A stretch of 64,000 nt of DNA from Eledone cirrhosa (lineage: Eukaryota). The translations under genes were made by a program, and so were the position numbers. The notes beneath the pieces are model-generated. The model did not search any database. It was not told the origin of the DNA and worked only from the letters and a program-made list of their open reading frames with translations. Location of the stretch: NCBI GenBank assembly GCA_964016885.1, contig OZ024740.1, positions 141,856,001 to 141,920,000 of the forward strand, given 5' to 3'. The stretch's first letter is position 1. Each line of letters opens with the position of its first letter. Of the stretch, positions 1 through 12,362 are shown piece after piece.

Positions 1-23
1 AGACTCATTGCCCCTGTTGTGTT

Positions 24-71
<48 letters not shown>

Positions 72-90
72 CTCTATTTGCTAGACCTTG

Positions 91-163
<73 letters not shown>

Positions 164-262
164 ATACTTTGGGAGGGTCATGTTGCCAATAAGAAACACA
201 CGCACCAGTTTTCAGATAAAGAATCTTGCTAAACAAATTCAGAGACGAAATATATATATATT

Positions 263-295
<33 letters not shown>

Positions 296-303
296 TTTTA
301 TAT
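24..303. repeat. (TA)n microsatellite cluster
   Basis: Three TA runs separated by short unique spacers. Confidence 0.95.
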
Positions 304-950
304 AGGAGAGTATTGAAGTTTGCTTGAAGCATTGTGTAAGAATACATTTTTTTTTTGTCGTTTTGGAAGCTTCAACAATGCAGATGGGTATTTCTCTGGG
401 TAATAGGATCCGGTGGTGAAGAGAGAGATGTAAGGGAATGTAGAATGAGACGTCTAGAGTGTGTAGAGGAACGTAGGAAAGAGCGTAAAAAATAAAAATA
501 ATAACACGAGATAGAGTTACCTTGGGAGAGATTTAATTGTCTCTATATTTCGGATTCGCATCCATCAACTGGGGGTTTCCCGGGGGGGGGGGGGGAGTTA
601 TCTGTCGGAGTGGAACGGTACGTGGCCTCTGTTGTCCGCTGTTTGTGTGTAACAAACAGCGGACAACAGAGGCCACGTACCGTTCCTCTCCGACAGATAA
701 CTTCCCCCCCCCCCCCGGAAAATCCCCCAGTTGATGGATGCGAATCCGAAATATAGAGACAATTAAATCTCTCCCAAGGTAACTCTATCTTGTGTTATTA
801 TTTTTAATTTTTACGTTATTTCCTACGTTCCTCTACACACTATACATCTCATTCTAAATTCCCTTACATCTCTCTCTTCACCACCGGATTCTGTTACACG
901 GAGATTTACCCATCTGCATTATTGAGGCTTCCAAAACGACAAAAAGAAAT
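304..950 (-). mobile_element. Hairpin+tail element E1 (~300-bp inverted arms, 5-nt loop, ~42-nt tail); probable Penelope-like pLTR remnant
   Basis: Arm 346-646 is the reverse complement of 652-950 (loop GTGTA 647-651). Unpaired 304-345 lies on one side and (TA)n on both flanks. Confidence 0.7.
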
Positions 951-986
951 TTATATATATATATAATATATATATATGTGTGTATA

Positions 987-1268
987 TAGAAGTAGTTCCA
1001 CAACAGTTAGTTCACCATACCTAGAATAAATGTTTCACCTTATGCTCGGTCTGAGTGAAGTTGTACGGAAAAGGAAAAACAACCGTATGAATACGCATGC
1101 GCAGAAACGGTCACTTCTCCTGGGAAATGTAATCCCACGGTCGAAGATTTGGATAAGGTGAAACATTTGTTCTCGGTATGGTGAACTAAGTGGAGCTACT
1201 TCTACCAAACTCGTCCCATGGACTGAGTACTCTGCTACTACGAATATAACCCTCCAGTGTTCTACTAT
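987..1268 (+). mobile_element. Hairpin+tail element E2 (~55-bp arms, ~110-nt spacer, ~64-nt tail)
   Basis: 987-1043 is inverted at 1153-1204 (5-nt indel, few mismatches). Tail contains GAGTACTCT (1225-1233). TA-type repeats on both sides. Confidence 0.65.
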
Positions 1269-1299
1269 TATATATATATATATATATATATATAAACAC

Positions 1300-1432
1300 A
1301 CAGCGGGTTTCTGCAATGTATCCCCATACCAAATTTAATAACGAATCATTGATCGACCCATAAAAAGCCAAGGTGCCACCAAATTGAAAACCACCTGGTT
1401 GTGAAGTGAACTTCTGGAAACAAAACACAGCT
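1300..1432 (-). mobile_element. Degraded tRNA-derived SINE remnant
   Basis: Minus strand ...CAACCAGGTGGTT...GTGGCACCTTGG... resembles cephalopod SINE heads (recognised from memory, not searched). Confidence 0.45.
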
Positions 1433-1880
1433 TTATCCCTTTCTTATTCTTTTCCATTCCATCAATAAGATATGCATAACTCCCATTCTACTACCACCCC
1501 TTCCTTTCTCATGCACTCTCTCTCTCTCTCTTTCTGTCACAATCTCTTTCTTTTCATCAATTTCCTTGAGTTTCTGATTGTTAAGAAATTATCTTAATTT
1601 ATTCGGTTGTCATAACTAAATTTAGATTTCAAATTTGCACTGATGATATCTTTTGAAATTGAAACACGTACGCACATGCAACTGGAATATTATCATGAAA
1701 CAAATAAGAACTAGATTATACCCGTCATTATTTTCCTCTTTTTAAAATTCATTTTCTAAATATATATTTTTTTAATAATACTTTTTAAAATGTTATTCCA
1801 AATAGCAAAAAAAATAATAAAATTTCTCACATGCCAATTTTTTCTTTCACAAATAACACATGGATCAAGGAAAAAGTGCG

Positions 1881-1892
1881 ATATATATATAC

Positions 1893-1982
<90 letters not shown>

Positions 1983-2073
1983 ATATGTATATATATAGAT
2001 GTATATATATATGTAAAAATATATGTATATATATATATATTTATATATACATATATATATACATATATATATA

Positions 2074-2122
<49 letters not shown>

Positions 2123-2224
2123 TATCTATACATACATATATATATGTATATATATATATGTATGTATATATATATATATATCTTTATACAAAAATACGTA
2201 CACATACGAGCACACACCCCACTA

Positions 2225-2289
<65 letters not shown>

Positions 2290-2305
2290 ACACACATATA
2301 TGTAT
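1881..2305. repeat. (TA)n/(TACA)n microsatellite block
   Basis: Direct inspection. Confidence 0.95.
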
Positions 2306-2671
2306 GTGGCTAAAAGACATTCTGATGGTGCTCCACCATAGTTTCAATAATTCAGCAAGCGCTTCATTACTGTCAGTAAAGCCGTCAGCAGTGTTGTTAA
2401 CCTCACAAATTGGGCACAACTTGAAACAGCTAACTATCTCCCTCACTAACTAACTAAATAAATAATATACATATTGATAACGAACATAAAAGTGATGTGC
2501 CGTAGGAATAAATAATACGACACACACACATACGCGCACGTGTTTATTGGTTTTTCTTACTACAAGTGTAAGAGAGAACCGTTTCAAATGCGTACTCAAT
2601 GCAAAATACGTGAGAATATAGATTTATTTGATGTAATTTATCGCTTCACGACAGATCTGTTCTACTAGGGA

Positions 2672-4050
2672 ACAAGTCGCAGGTGGCGGATAGTGATACG
2701 GCCACCAGATATGATAGTTAGTAGTGATATAAGCAGGCTCATGCCGGACGAATAAGCAATCTCGTACCAACAGCGATAAACTACCAAGGGGGATGGAGCA
2801 ATGGATGACACTGCTAGCTCAACAGAAAATTCTCACAATCCAGTGATGTAGCTACGACAAGTCAAGTAAGGGCCGCCTCTAAAAAAGCGGGTCTGAGAAA
2901 AGTACCAAATTAGTGACTGGTGCAAATAATACTACCAAAACACTGCAATATGGTTTGACACAACAAAGATAGTCATACCACATCGTCCTTAATGCAGGAT
3001 AGCAAAGGACATATTCAGGCCTTTCGTAGAGGGCATGTTCGAAAAAATATTTTACTGTCTCCACTCATCATTACAAGAACTGGGGATGGGCCTGTCCTTG
3101 GAAGCATGGAATGTAAGCACAAAGATTACGTATCCCGAAATCCCAGAGAGGCTCCAGAAGAGAGCAAACCTTGACTATTGGTAACTGGAACGTTACAACA
3201 TTTACAGGCAATGAATAGAAACTAGTGGAGGAAACCTGGTGCTCCCGGATAGGTATAGTCGGGGATTCTTCAACAAAACCCCGTGGCTTTGGTACTGTAA
3301 ATTTGAATAGAGAATGGAAACTCGACTAGTCAGGTGTGGAGGCAGTATTAGGATACTCACAACTCCCCGGCTGTCAGAATGTGTTATGGACTCGATTCCA
3401 TTAGGAGGGAGGATTTGCCTCGTGAAGCTTAAACTGAAATACAGATCACTGTAGGTGGCGCAGTTTATGCACCAGAGAGTCCGAATACATATCCTACCTT
3501 TCTGATGTCACTGCAGCATTATATGTATTTAAAACTGAATCATATCCTTGTGGGAGGCTTCAATGTACATGTTGGCACTCACTACATGACATGGAAAGGA
3601 GTGATTGGAAAGATCGGCGATCCCGATCTAAATACGAAGGGAGAGGCCTTATTAGAGTTCTGTTCTAGTAATGAGTTCTCCATAATGAACACCTTCCAGC
3701 TCAAAGATATCCACAAATATACATGGTATAAGGGAAATCGAGGATAGAGATCAGTAATTAACTTTGTTATTCTCTCTGATCTCTTTGATCCTGTACTGGA
3801 TGTTCGTGTTATGAGAGGGGCTGAGCTGTCAACTGATTACTATCTAGTTATTTGCAGCCTGAGCTTATCTAAAACAAAGAGAGCTCAACTTACAGGATAA
3901 AGTGGGAAGCGTTGGCAGATAAGGAAGTCATAAGCTGGTTTGCGGATACTTTTGCATCCAAATTCAGAGAACTCCCAGAGAACTTTTGTTGGTCCATTTT
4001 GTCTCCACTGTTACAGGTTCGGCTGCCTGAGCCAACTTTCTCTCCTGCTC
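2672..4050 (+). mobile_element. Degraded RTE-clade LINE 5' part (5'UTR + APE endonuclease pseudo-ORF)
   Basis: LTIGNWNVTT (~3171), GGFNVHVG, FSIMNTF..KYTWY and DVRVMRGAELSTDYYLV are APE motifs of RTE/Expander type; several stops and frameshifts. Confidence 0.75.
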
Positions 4051-4104
4051 AAATCTATATGGAACAATTCCATATTCTTTTCATCCGTTGCTGCAAACGT
4101 GCTT

Positions 4105-4255
4105 TTGTAGTTGTTGCTGCTGTTGCTGCTATTGTTGTTGGAGATGTTGTTGTTGCAGCTGCTGTTGTCATTGTTTTCGTTGTTTTTGCTATTGTTATTA
4201 TTATTGTTGCCGTTGCTTCTGCTTCTCTTGTTGTTACTGTTTCTGCTGCTGCTGC

Positions 4256-4310
<55 letters not shown>

Positions 4311-4345
4311 GGTGGTGGTGGTGGAGGTGGTGGTAGTGGTAGTGA
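4105..4345. repeat. (GTT)/(GCT)/(GGT) triplet low-complexity tract
   Basis: Direct inspection. Confidence 0.9.
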
Positions 4346-4744
4346 TGAAGGCGGTCTTATTGGTGATGAGCATAAATTTAAAGTGTAAAGCTCAAATATT
4401 TGTCGAAGGTCAAAATATGAGCTTCCTTTCTTCATGGCAAAGATTGGTGCCTTGTGTCCTCTTTGTAACTAAAACATTATACAAAACAACGATTTAAATA
4501 TGAAAAGCAACAAACTTATTGGAGCTTGAAATAACACCTCTACACAAACCAATAATAATAATAGTAACTCCAGGACTTAAAAAATATATACAGCATACAA
4601 AACACTTCGCACTGCACACATATTACGAAAAATACTATCAATACAATAGAAACAACATCAGCAAAAACCACACTGTTCATACCCAAGGCGCACAGAACTG
4701 TGCCCGGTAAAGCAGTAATGATGCGCAATAAAATTAATAATGGA

Positions 4745-4775
<31 letters not shown>

Positions 4776-4788
4776 TAATAATAATAAT

Positions 4789-5050
4789 AGGATTTGGAAC
4801 TGCCATGAAGTCAAAGTGATCCCGATTGTCATAGGCGCACTGGGGACTATCTCCAAAAGTTTCCAGGGATGGTTAAAGAAAATCGGCCCCTTCACGCTTT
4901 TTGGAACGCTTCAAAAGGCATGCTTGCTTGGAACAGCAAGAACCCTCCGATACGTCCTGAATATCTGAGGCTGCAGGTAGTGGCTTGATATTCAATCCAA
5001 CGGACTTTCCAGTTAACCAACATCAATGACTGAGATTCAAGGAATAACAA
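4789..5050 (+). mobile_element. 3' fragment of RLE LINE family A (R4/Dong-like) in (TAA)n
   Basis: Nearly identical to 15078-15340 (IWNCHEVKVIPIVIGALG...YVLNI* + 3'UTR); (TAA)n on both sides. Confidence 0.92.
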
Positions 5051-5051
5051 C

Positions 5052-5101
<50 letters not shown>

Positions 5102-5103
<2 letters not shown>

Positions 5104-8100
5104 TTTTCTTTATTGGCCACAAGGGCTGACATCAAGAAAAACATTACAGATGGCACAGGACGGTACAGGACAGTACGATGTGGGTTTTGTGCGTGTAAAG
5201 ATTTTTATTATTTATATAAGAAAAGAAAAAAAAGGACATAGAAACATATATATATATATAAACAATAAAAATGAAAATTGAAACAATGAAAAATTCCCCA
5301 ATAGGAGGGAAACCTCTGAGGGTTACTCGTGGCGAAAACCACACAAAAGACCACGGCCACCCTGACCACCAGGGCAAGCGCCCTCTCTCAATTTTTCCAT
5401 TTCTCAAACTACAGGCGTATATTCAGAGCGGCCCCGTTTACTCGGACCATTCTCGCTACATTCACCCATCTTTCAACAAACTTGTTAGAATGCAGCACTT
5501 GCCTCTCCACCCTGATTTTCCTTTTCAAGTGAAACTTGAAAAAGTTAATTAGGGATTCGCCGAAGAGGAAAGTATCTGTCTTTAACCCTTTCAACATTGT
5601 CCAACACACAATCTCTTTCGCCATGGCCACCAGGCAGATGAAAACCGCCTGCCCTTCCTCCTCGAAGGAAGACGGCGAGACCATCTGCACAATAGACTCA
5701 GTCGATAACTGGATCAGTACCACACGCGACAGCAACTGTTCAACATAGCTCCACAAGTTAGCAATGCTCGAACATTGAACGAGTGCATGCACGACGGTTT
5801 CGTCGCTCTGCGCGCATCTCGGACTGGCTCTGCTGACGGCACTTCCGTGCCTGTAGAGCTTATCTTGAACCGGCAATGCCCCCGGTAGCACTGCCAGGCC
5901 AGGGATTTCTGGAAGTTATCCATAGGCCCTGGGCTGAAAGTTCTCCGGAAGAGAGCAAACCGCTGATCTTCTTCGACGCCCAGGATCTCTCCGAAAAGGT
6001 GGTCTCTCTTCTCCTCCATTAGTCCTCAATAGAACGCCGAGGTGGATGTTCCACCGATACTGGTGCCCAGCTGGCAGAGGGCAGTGAGCACCTGGAGACA
6101 TTCCAGTTTCCAAGCGCTATCCCTCGGTCTTTTCCTGACCCAGGACTGCAGGCCCATTTCTGAGTGAGGGAGGCCACCTTGCTCGTCACCTCCCTCCAGT
6201 TTTTCTCCATCTGGAGGTCCGGTCCGAACCAGACCCCGAGCAATTTAACAGGTCCGTCCGTCCTACGCCCCACGACGCTGTCGGACGGCATGGACTTGCC
6301 TCTCCAGGTGCCGAGCTGCAAGCCCACCGACTTTTCCTGGTTTATTTTTGCTCCTGTCACCGCTTCGTATTCCTTGAGAGCGGTGCCGAGCACCTGGACG
6401 TGTCTGGTGCTCGACACCACCACGGTAATGTCGTCGGCGGAAGCCGACTCGGATTTCCCGCATCCTAGTTCGCGTGTGTGCAAGTAACGGCTCGAGAGTC
6501 AATACGTACAAGAGGGACGAGAAGGGACAACCCTGGCGGACCGAGCGCACGATGCTGAACGGCTGCGACAGGTGACCGTTCACCCTCACAATTGAGCAGA
6601 TGTTGCTGTACATCGCAGCGATCCAACCCCTGAAAACGGGCCCGAAACCGGCTGCCTCGAGGACCGCCGCCAGGTACCGATGGTCGACCCTATCGAATGC
6701 TTTGGATTGATCCAAGTTGATCAGGCCCCACCCGTGCCAGGTTCCTTGACCACCCTCTCTATTATGTATCGCATGAGTTGGAGGCTGTCGTGTATGGATA
6801 TGTCCGGAATGGGACATGTCTGCGCCTCTCACACCAGACCCTTGACGACAAGCGCCAACCCCGTTGCTAACACCTTGGCCAAAATATTGAACTCTGCGTT
6901 TAGCAGGGTTATGGGCCTGAAGTTATCGATAACATCCCCCTTGTTCGGGTCTTTTCTCAGCAGCCCCACCGCTCCCCAGCTCACAAAACTGGGAATGCTC
7001 CCGTTCTGCTGCCAGTTGCAGTAGACGTCTGCCAAGAGGTCACCGAACAAGTCTGGCATAAATGCATAAAGCTCGCAGGGCAGACCATCCAAACCTGGCG
7101 ATTTACCCCTCATGCAGTTAGCCATCGCTTCCCGTATTTCACCGGCTGTTATTGGCTTTTCGCAACACTGTACTGCGGTCATCGAGAGCCGAGGCAGTCC
7201 GTCGCGGTATGCACTGAAATCCATACCCCGATCCGGCCCGTTGCTGCTCCGGAACAGTTCAGCAAAGTGCTGCTGAAAAGCTTCACACATCTGCTCGGGT
7301 TGGAGCAACACGCGCCCGTTTTGATCAGATAAAGACCGAATTGTGGCTTTGTTGCCACGTCGCGGCTCTGCCACCTGGGCCCATTGGTCGGCTTTTGTTC
7401 CCTCGTGTTTCAGAGCTCTAGCTCTGACAACGCAGCCTTCGTGTTTTGCGTTGAAGAATTGGTCGAGTGCCAATATTGCCGCAAGCACGTGGGTTGCGAT
7501 GCCTGTCCTAAACGCCTCTTCTAGCTTTCTGACTAGCTCTGCCTCTACTCTATTTTCTTCTATCACTAGTTCTTTGCGAAACCTAATCGACTCTACTTTA
7601 ATTACCCTTTTCAGGGCGAACCACCACCTGTTGTTGACGACCGCTCCCGTAACGCTCGCTTAACTAATATGCTAATCCGGTCTCTGTAGGCTTTGCGCGC
7701 CGGGAAAGACGCGTTCAGCTTCCAGTAACCGGGTCCTTGTCTATGAAGTCTGTCTATGTCGATATCACAGATCACACATTTGTGGTCTGTGTAGTCGACT
7801 ATTTTAAATTGTGGACAACTTATACTAGCCTTATCTAGTTCTCTGCAGAATACCCTATCGAGATACGATCTGGATGACCCGATGCGGTTTGTCCATGTCC
7901 ACATTGGCACATTCGGGTGATCCAGTCTATACCTGTCAGACAGTTCAAAACGTCTGAGCAGGTTGGTGAGGCTCTTGCACCCTCCTTTCTATCCACTAGT
8001 CCCACACAAAACCCGCGTGCATCCAAGATACCGTTCCAGTCGCCCACTAACACTAAAGAGCGGGACGTTCCAAGAAAGGTCTCTAGACGTCTGAAGAAAT

Positions 8101-10130
8101 CTGGCCGTCCTGTCCCTGCCGGAGCATAGACGGTTACTAGCCTGAAAGCGTTGCCTTCGGTGCCGCTTACATCCAGCACCACCGACTTACCTTCTGGGTC
8201 CAGGAAAATGGTCCGTATGGCGAGACCCAAGCCTTTCCTAAACAACACAGCCACTACGCTCCCCGCTCCCGGACGGATCGGAGATGCGTACACCTCGTAA
8301 CCGTCCAAGATCGGTGCGAAAGCTTGCGTTTCAGAGATTCTCGTCTCGCTGATGGCCACCACATCTATGTTTAGTGACCTCAGGTCGTTAAGCAAGTGAC
8401 CCTGCTTCCAAACCGAGCTCAAGCCACGCACGTTTACATTTCCGATCCTGAATATGGCCATGTTGGGTGAGGAACGGGGCAAGTGAGAAAGGATCACTTA
8501 CCTTGATCGTCTGCTGAAGGAACCGTTGGATCGTCCCTTCGGCTGGTCGTCGGCTCCTTTGTGAGTATATCCGACTATACTCTCCGGTTGAGTGTCCCTC
8601 CTAAGTCTCTGAAATCACCAACTGCGTTGGGGAATTCATTTTAATGTTTGTGTATTGTTTCTGTGATATCCTTACCAGTCTTATGTCCGTTGGTGTTTTG
8701 ATTGGTGCTGGTATTATGTAATCGTGCTGTGAAATGTCTGTGTGTTCAATTATGTAAGTCATTAGTTTCTTGTTGTGTATATTTATTGTTGTGCATTTCT
8801 TTTTCTGGGGGTGGGGGTGTGGTTCTGCTATTTTCTTGTCGTTGTTGCTGGGTGTGTGTGTTTTGTTGTTGTGTTTGCGATGTTGGTGCTTGTGGTAGTG
8901 TTGTTGAAGGTGTTGTTGTTGTTGGCGGTGGGGTTGCCGCCGGTGGTGATGGTAGTGCTAGTGTGGGTGGTGATGGTGTTGGCGATGTTGCTGCTGCAAG
9001 TCTCTTTGCTGTAGCCTTCACACTTTTTTCATTTCTTCCCTTCCTTTTCAAAGGCGACGATGTGCTGCTTCTACGTTTGTGCCTCCTTGCGACCTTTTTC
9101 CATCCCTCTCCCACGTCACACTCCATGTCCGATTCTGTGAGGTCGGGGAGGTGTACCAGCTCCACTCTTTCACTTGTTCTTGTTGGTGATGGTTGCAGTG
9201 GAGTCTCTGTTGCAGCTGCAGTTGGTATTACTGTTGTTGTTGTTAATACTTCCACTGCTGCTGCTGTTCTTGATTTCCGTGGCGTGGGTATGGGTTCCAC
9301 GGACCTATCCTTCCTGCTTGCCGCCTCTCCTGTTGCTGGTAGCCGTGGAGCCGGTTTCGGTAGGAGGGGGTTTTCTCTTTTCTCAGGGTCTTCTCATTGC
9401 AGAAGGCCCTGAGGTGAATAATAGACCCACAGGGAATGCATTTCGGGCGTTTGCCCTCAACACATCGAAGTCTATCACATCCTGGATAGCTTCGATGCAC
9501 TCCTGGTTGGTTTGAATTAAAATCTCAATGGACGCGCCGACCCAATCTTCTCGTACTTTTTTCTGTACTTGCAATATGGTTGTTTTGTCCTCGATTCCGA
9601 CAAGGACAGACGCGGCCAGCCAAGAAGGGGCCATCTCGGGGGGGGGACTTGGGTCAGTTTGACCCTCACAATGTTTACCCGCAGTAGGAGGGCACCAACA
9701 TCATTTCCTCGCTCCTTAGTGTTACTAAGGATTGAGCCTTTGCCTCCTGGGCTGTGGCAAAAAGCACGTCCACGGTGGCATATTTCTTGCCTCGGGTGAT
9801 ATGCGTGTTCCGTTGCCACACATACCCTAAGGCTTTTTGTATTTGAGCCTCTGTGGCTGTTTCAACTCTACGTGATTTTGTGCTTACTGTACGGTACGTG
9901 ACCGTACAGTGCTGTGGGGTTTCGAAAAATTCTTCGGCTGCCTTGCATATTGCTCGGTGTCCGGTTTTCGTCACCATCTTCCTTGCTTCCTGTAATTCCT
10001 CATTTGTTATAAGGATGGTTTCCAGGTCCTTTGCGATACCTGCAAACGAGATTCGTTTTTCTTTCTTGTTATTGTCGTCATATCCGCTGTTGCTGTTGTT
10101 GTTGTTGTTGTTGTTGCTGTTGCTGCTGCT

Positions 10131-10162
<32 letters not shown>

Positions 10163-10771
10163 TGTTGTTGTTTATGCTGCTGCTGATGTTGTTGCGGCTG
10201 CTACTAGTATTTTCCTGGCCACTGTTGCTGCTGCTGCTGTTATTATGGCCGCTGCTGCTATTCTTCATGACGTCAGACGAATGAAATGGCTTTCCGTATT
10301 TACCGCACACATCTTTCGTTGTTGTCGTCGTGAAGAAATGTTCCACGGAATGCGCGTTCTCTTGATGAAGAACGCTACGAGAAACTACATTTTCCTTTTT
10401 CTTTAATGGCGTCGCTTGCGAAAGAGGCGACAGAGGCGACACCACGTTTAGAGAAGGGAAGGAGAGAGACAATATTTTCTCTGACGTAATGACGATTGGG
10501 GAAGAGGAAGACGGAAGGAGTGGGAGTGACTTGTGAAAATTATTCTTTGTAGATATGTTTTTTTACAGTTTAAAATGAATATTGGGCGCAAATCCCCAAT
10601 AACTGGTTATTTAACCCCGAAGGGCCAAATAACGGGCAGAAAGACCCCTCTCACGAGGAGGAGGGTGTCTTTATCTACAATTTAGTTCAAGTTTTAAACA
10701 ATTTACAATTGTTATAACGGTTAAAAATTACAATATCTTACAGAGCCGAGCCTCCGTCAAACATGGCATTC
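5102..10771 (-). mobile_element. Full-span, mutated Tx1-like (L1 group) LINE, copy 1
   Basis: ORF1 remnants ~10472-8500. ORF2 has APE (NVNVRGL, ISETR, VGDWN, TDH), RT (FRPITLLN, DQSKAFDRV, RQGCPFS, ADD) and C-terminal ETVVHALVQC. AATAAA near the 3' end; (TTA)n at both ends. Confidence 0.92.
5409..8497 (-). pseudogene. Tx1-like ORF2 (APE-RT-Zn finger), frameshifted
   Basis: Split among ORFs 7835-8497, 7611-7910, 6829-7566, 6263-6832, 6019-6483, 5714-6019 and 5409-5891. Confidence 0.9.
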
Positions 10772-10827
<56 letters not shown>

Positions 10828-10829
<2 letters not shown>

Positions 10830-11130
10830 GGTAGAAAATTAACCGATACCAGAACTTAAAGTGGGAGTTAAAAAGGATTTGGAACTGCCATGAAATCAAG
10901 GTCGTCCCGATTGTCATAGGCGCACTAGATACTATCCCAAAGAGTTTCCAAGGATGGTTAAAGAAGATTAGACCAGCCCCTCTTTTTGGAACACTTCAAA
11001 AGGCATGCTTGCTGAGAACATCAAGAACCCTCCGATACGTCCTGAATATCTGAGGCTGCAGGTAGCGGCTTGATATTCATTTCAACAAATTTTCCAGTTA
11101 AATAACATCAATGAATGAGACTCAAAGAAC
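10828..11130 (+). mobile_element. 3' fragment of a diverged RLE family-A subfamily
   Basis: Similar to 15036-15335 with more substitutions; (TAA)n flanks. Confidence 0.88.
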
Positions 11131-11193
<63 letters not shown>

Positions 11194-11195
<2 letters not shown>

Positions 11196-11338
11196 TTTCA
11201 TTTATTAGCCACAAGGGCCGACATGTAGGGGACAATACAAAGACAGGGACAGTGGGGGTTTACAATAAGGTCGAGTAAAAGTGCACAATGGCAAGACTAA
11301 TTTAACAATGAAAATATAAAAATATAAAATAAACTATG

Positions 11339-11340
<2 letters not shown>
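11194..11340 (-). mobile_element. Tx1-like 3' tip
   Basis: Minus strand CCCTTGTGGCTAATAAATGAAATC(ATT)n matches the 3' end of copy 1. Confidence 0.7.
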
Positions 11341-11385
<45 letters not shown>

Positions 11386-12273
11386 TGGAAAATACCCAGA
11401 AAGAGCTAACAATCCTGATGTTGACAACACTTTAACCCATCAGTGGTTGGCATCCTCTGGACTGAAATCGATGACTGAAGGACTGATTATATCAGCACAA
11501 GATCACTGTCTGCCAACAAAAAATTACCAAGCCAACATAATAAAAAATGGATGCAGCCCATTATGCCGTGTATGTAAAAAACAACCAGAGACCATTGATC
11601 ATATAATTTCAATGTGCAGTCCTATAGCTCCAACCGAATACCTAAACAGGCATGACAGAGCTGCACAATACATACATTGGATAATGTCAGCATTTTGACC
11701 TGCCCCATCAAAAGAATTGGTAGGAGCATCAACCACCTCCCATACTTGAAAAAGATCACATCTCAATCTTGTGGAACTTTAGCATCCAAACAGACCGAAA
11801 AATAGATGCAAATAGACATGATATAATACTGAGGGACTTTAAAAAGAGGGTATGCCTGCTAATTGATATGTCCGTTCCAATAGACAAGAATGTATCTATA
11901 AAAACATTTGAAAAATTGAGCAAGTATAAGGACCTGGAGATAGAAATTGGAAAAAATGTGGAAATTGAGAACTAAAACAATACCAGTGGTTGTAGGCGCT
12001 CTAGGAATGATACCTAAGGGGTCTAATGATTACTTATCGTAAATCCCAGGAAACCCGCGTATAGGAGAAATACAAAAGATAGTACTAATGGGAACTGCCC
12101 ATATACTAAGGAAGATTCTGTCAATATAAGTACATCACAAGTCTAAGCACCTAAAGATGCATGTGTGAGTATGTATGTTCTTTCTTGAACATGGCGGACC
12201 TTGTTGTCTCTTGAGGTCACTGGTTGTGACTTGGTGATAACTCGTATGAACATAAAGCAAGATAAATGCAGCT

Positions 12274-12274
<1 letters not shown>
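11386..12274 (+). mobile_element. 3' fragment of RLE LINE family B
   Basis: CRVCKKQPETIDHIISMC knuckle, RHD, NRHDIILRD..LIDMSVP..KYKDL, VVGALG; (TAA)n flanks; homologous to 55174-55756. Confidence 0.9.

Positions 12275-12360
<86 letters not shown>

Positions 12361-12362
<2 letters not shown>

Noticed and set aside
1634-1682. Hammerhead-like TTGCA-CTGATGA...GAAAC...TGCAA
   Set aside because: Helix II pairs poorly and no NUH precedes the helix I 3' strand; at best a decayed remnant.
2306-2446. Protein-like minus-strand stretch [20 protein letters not shown]
   Set aside because: No clear donor site or recognisable family; insufficient support.
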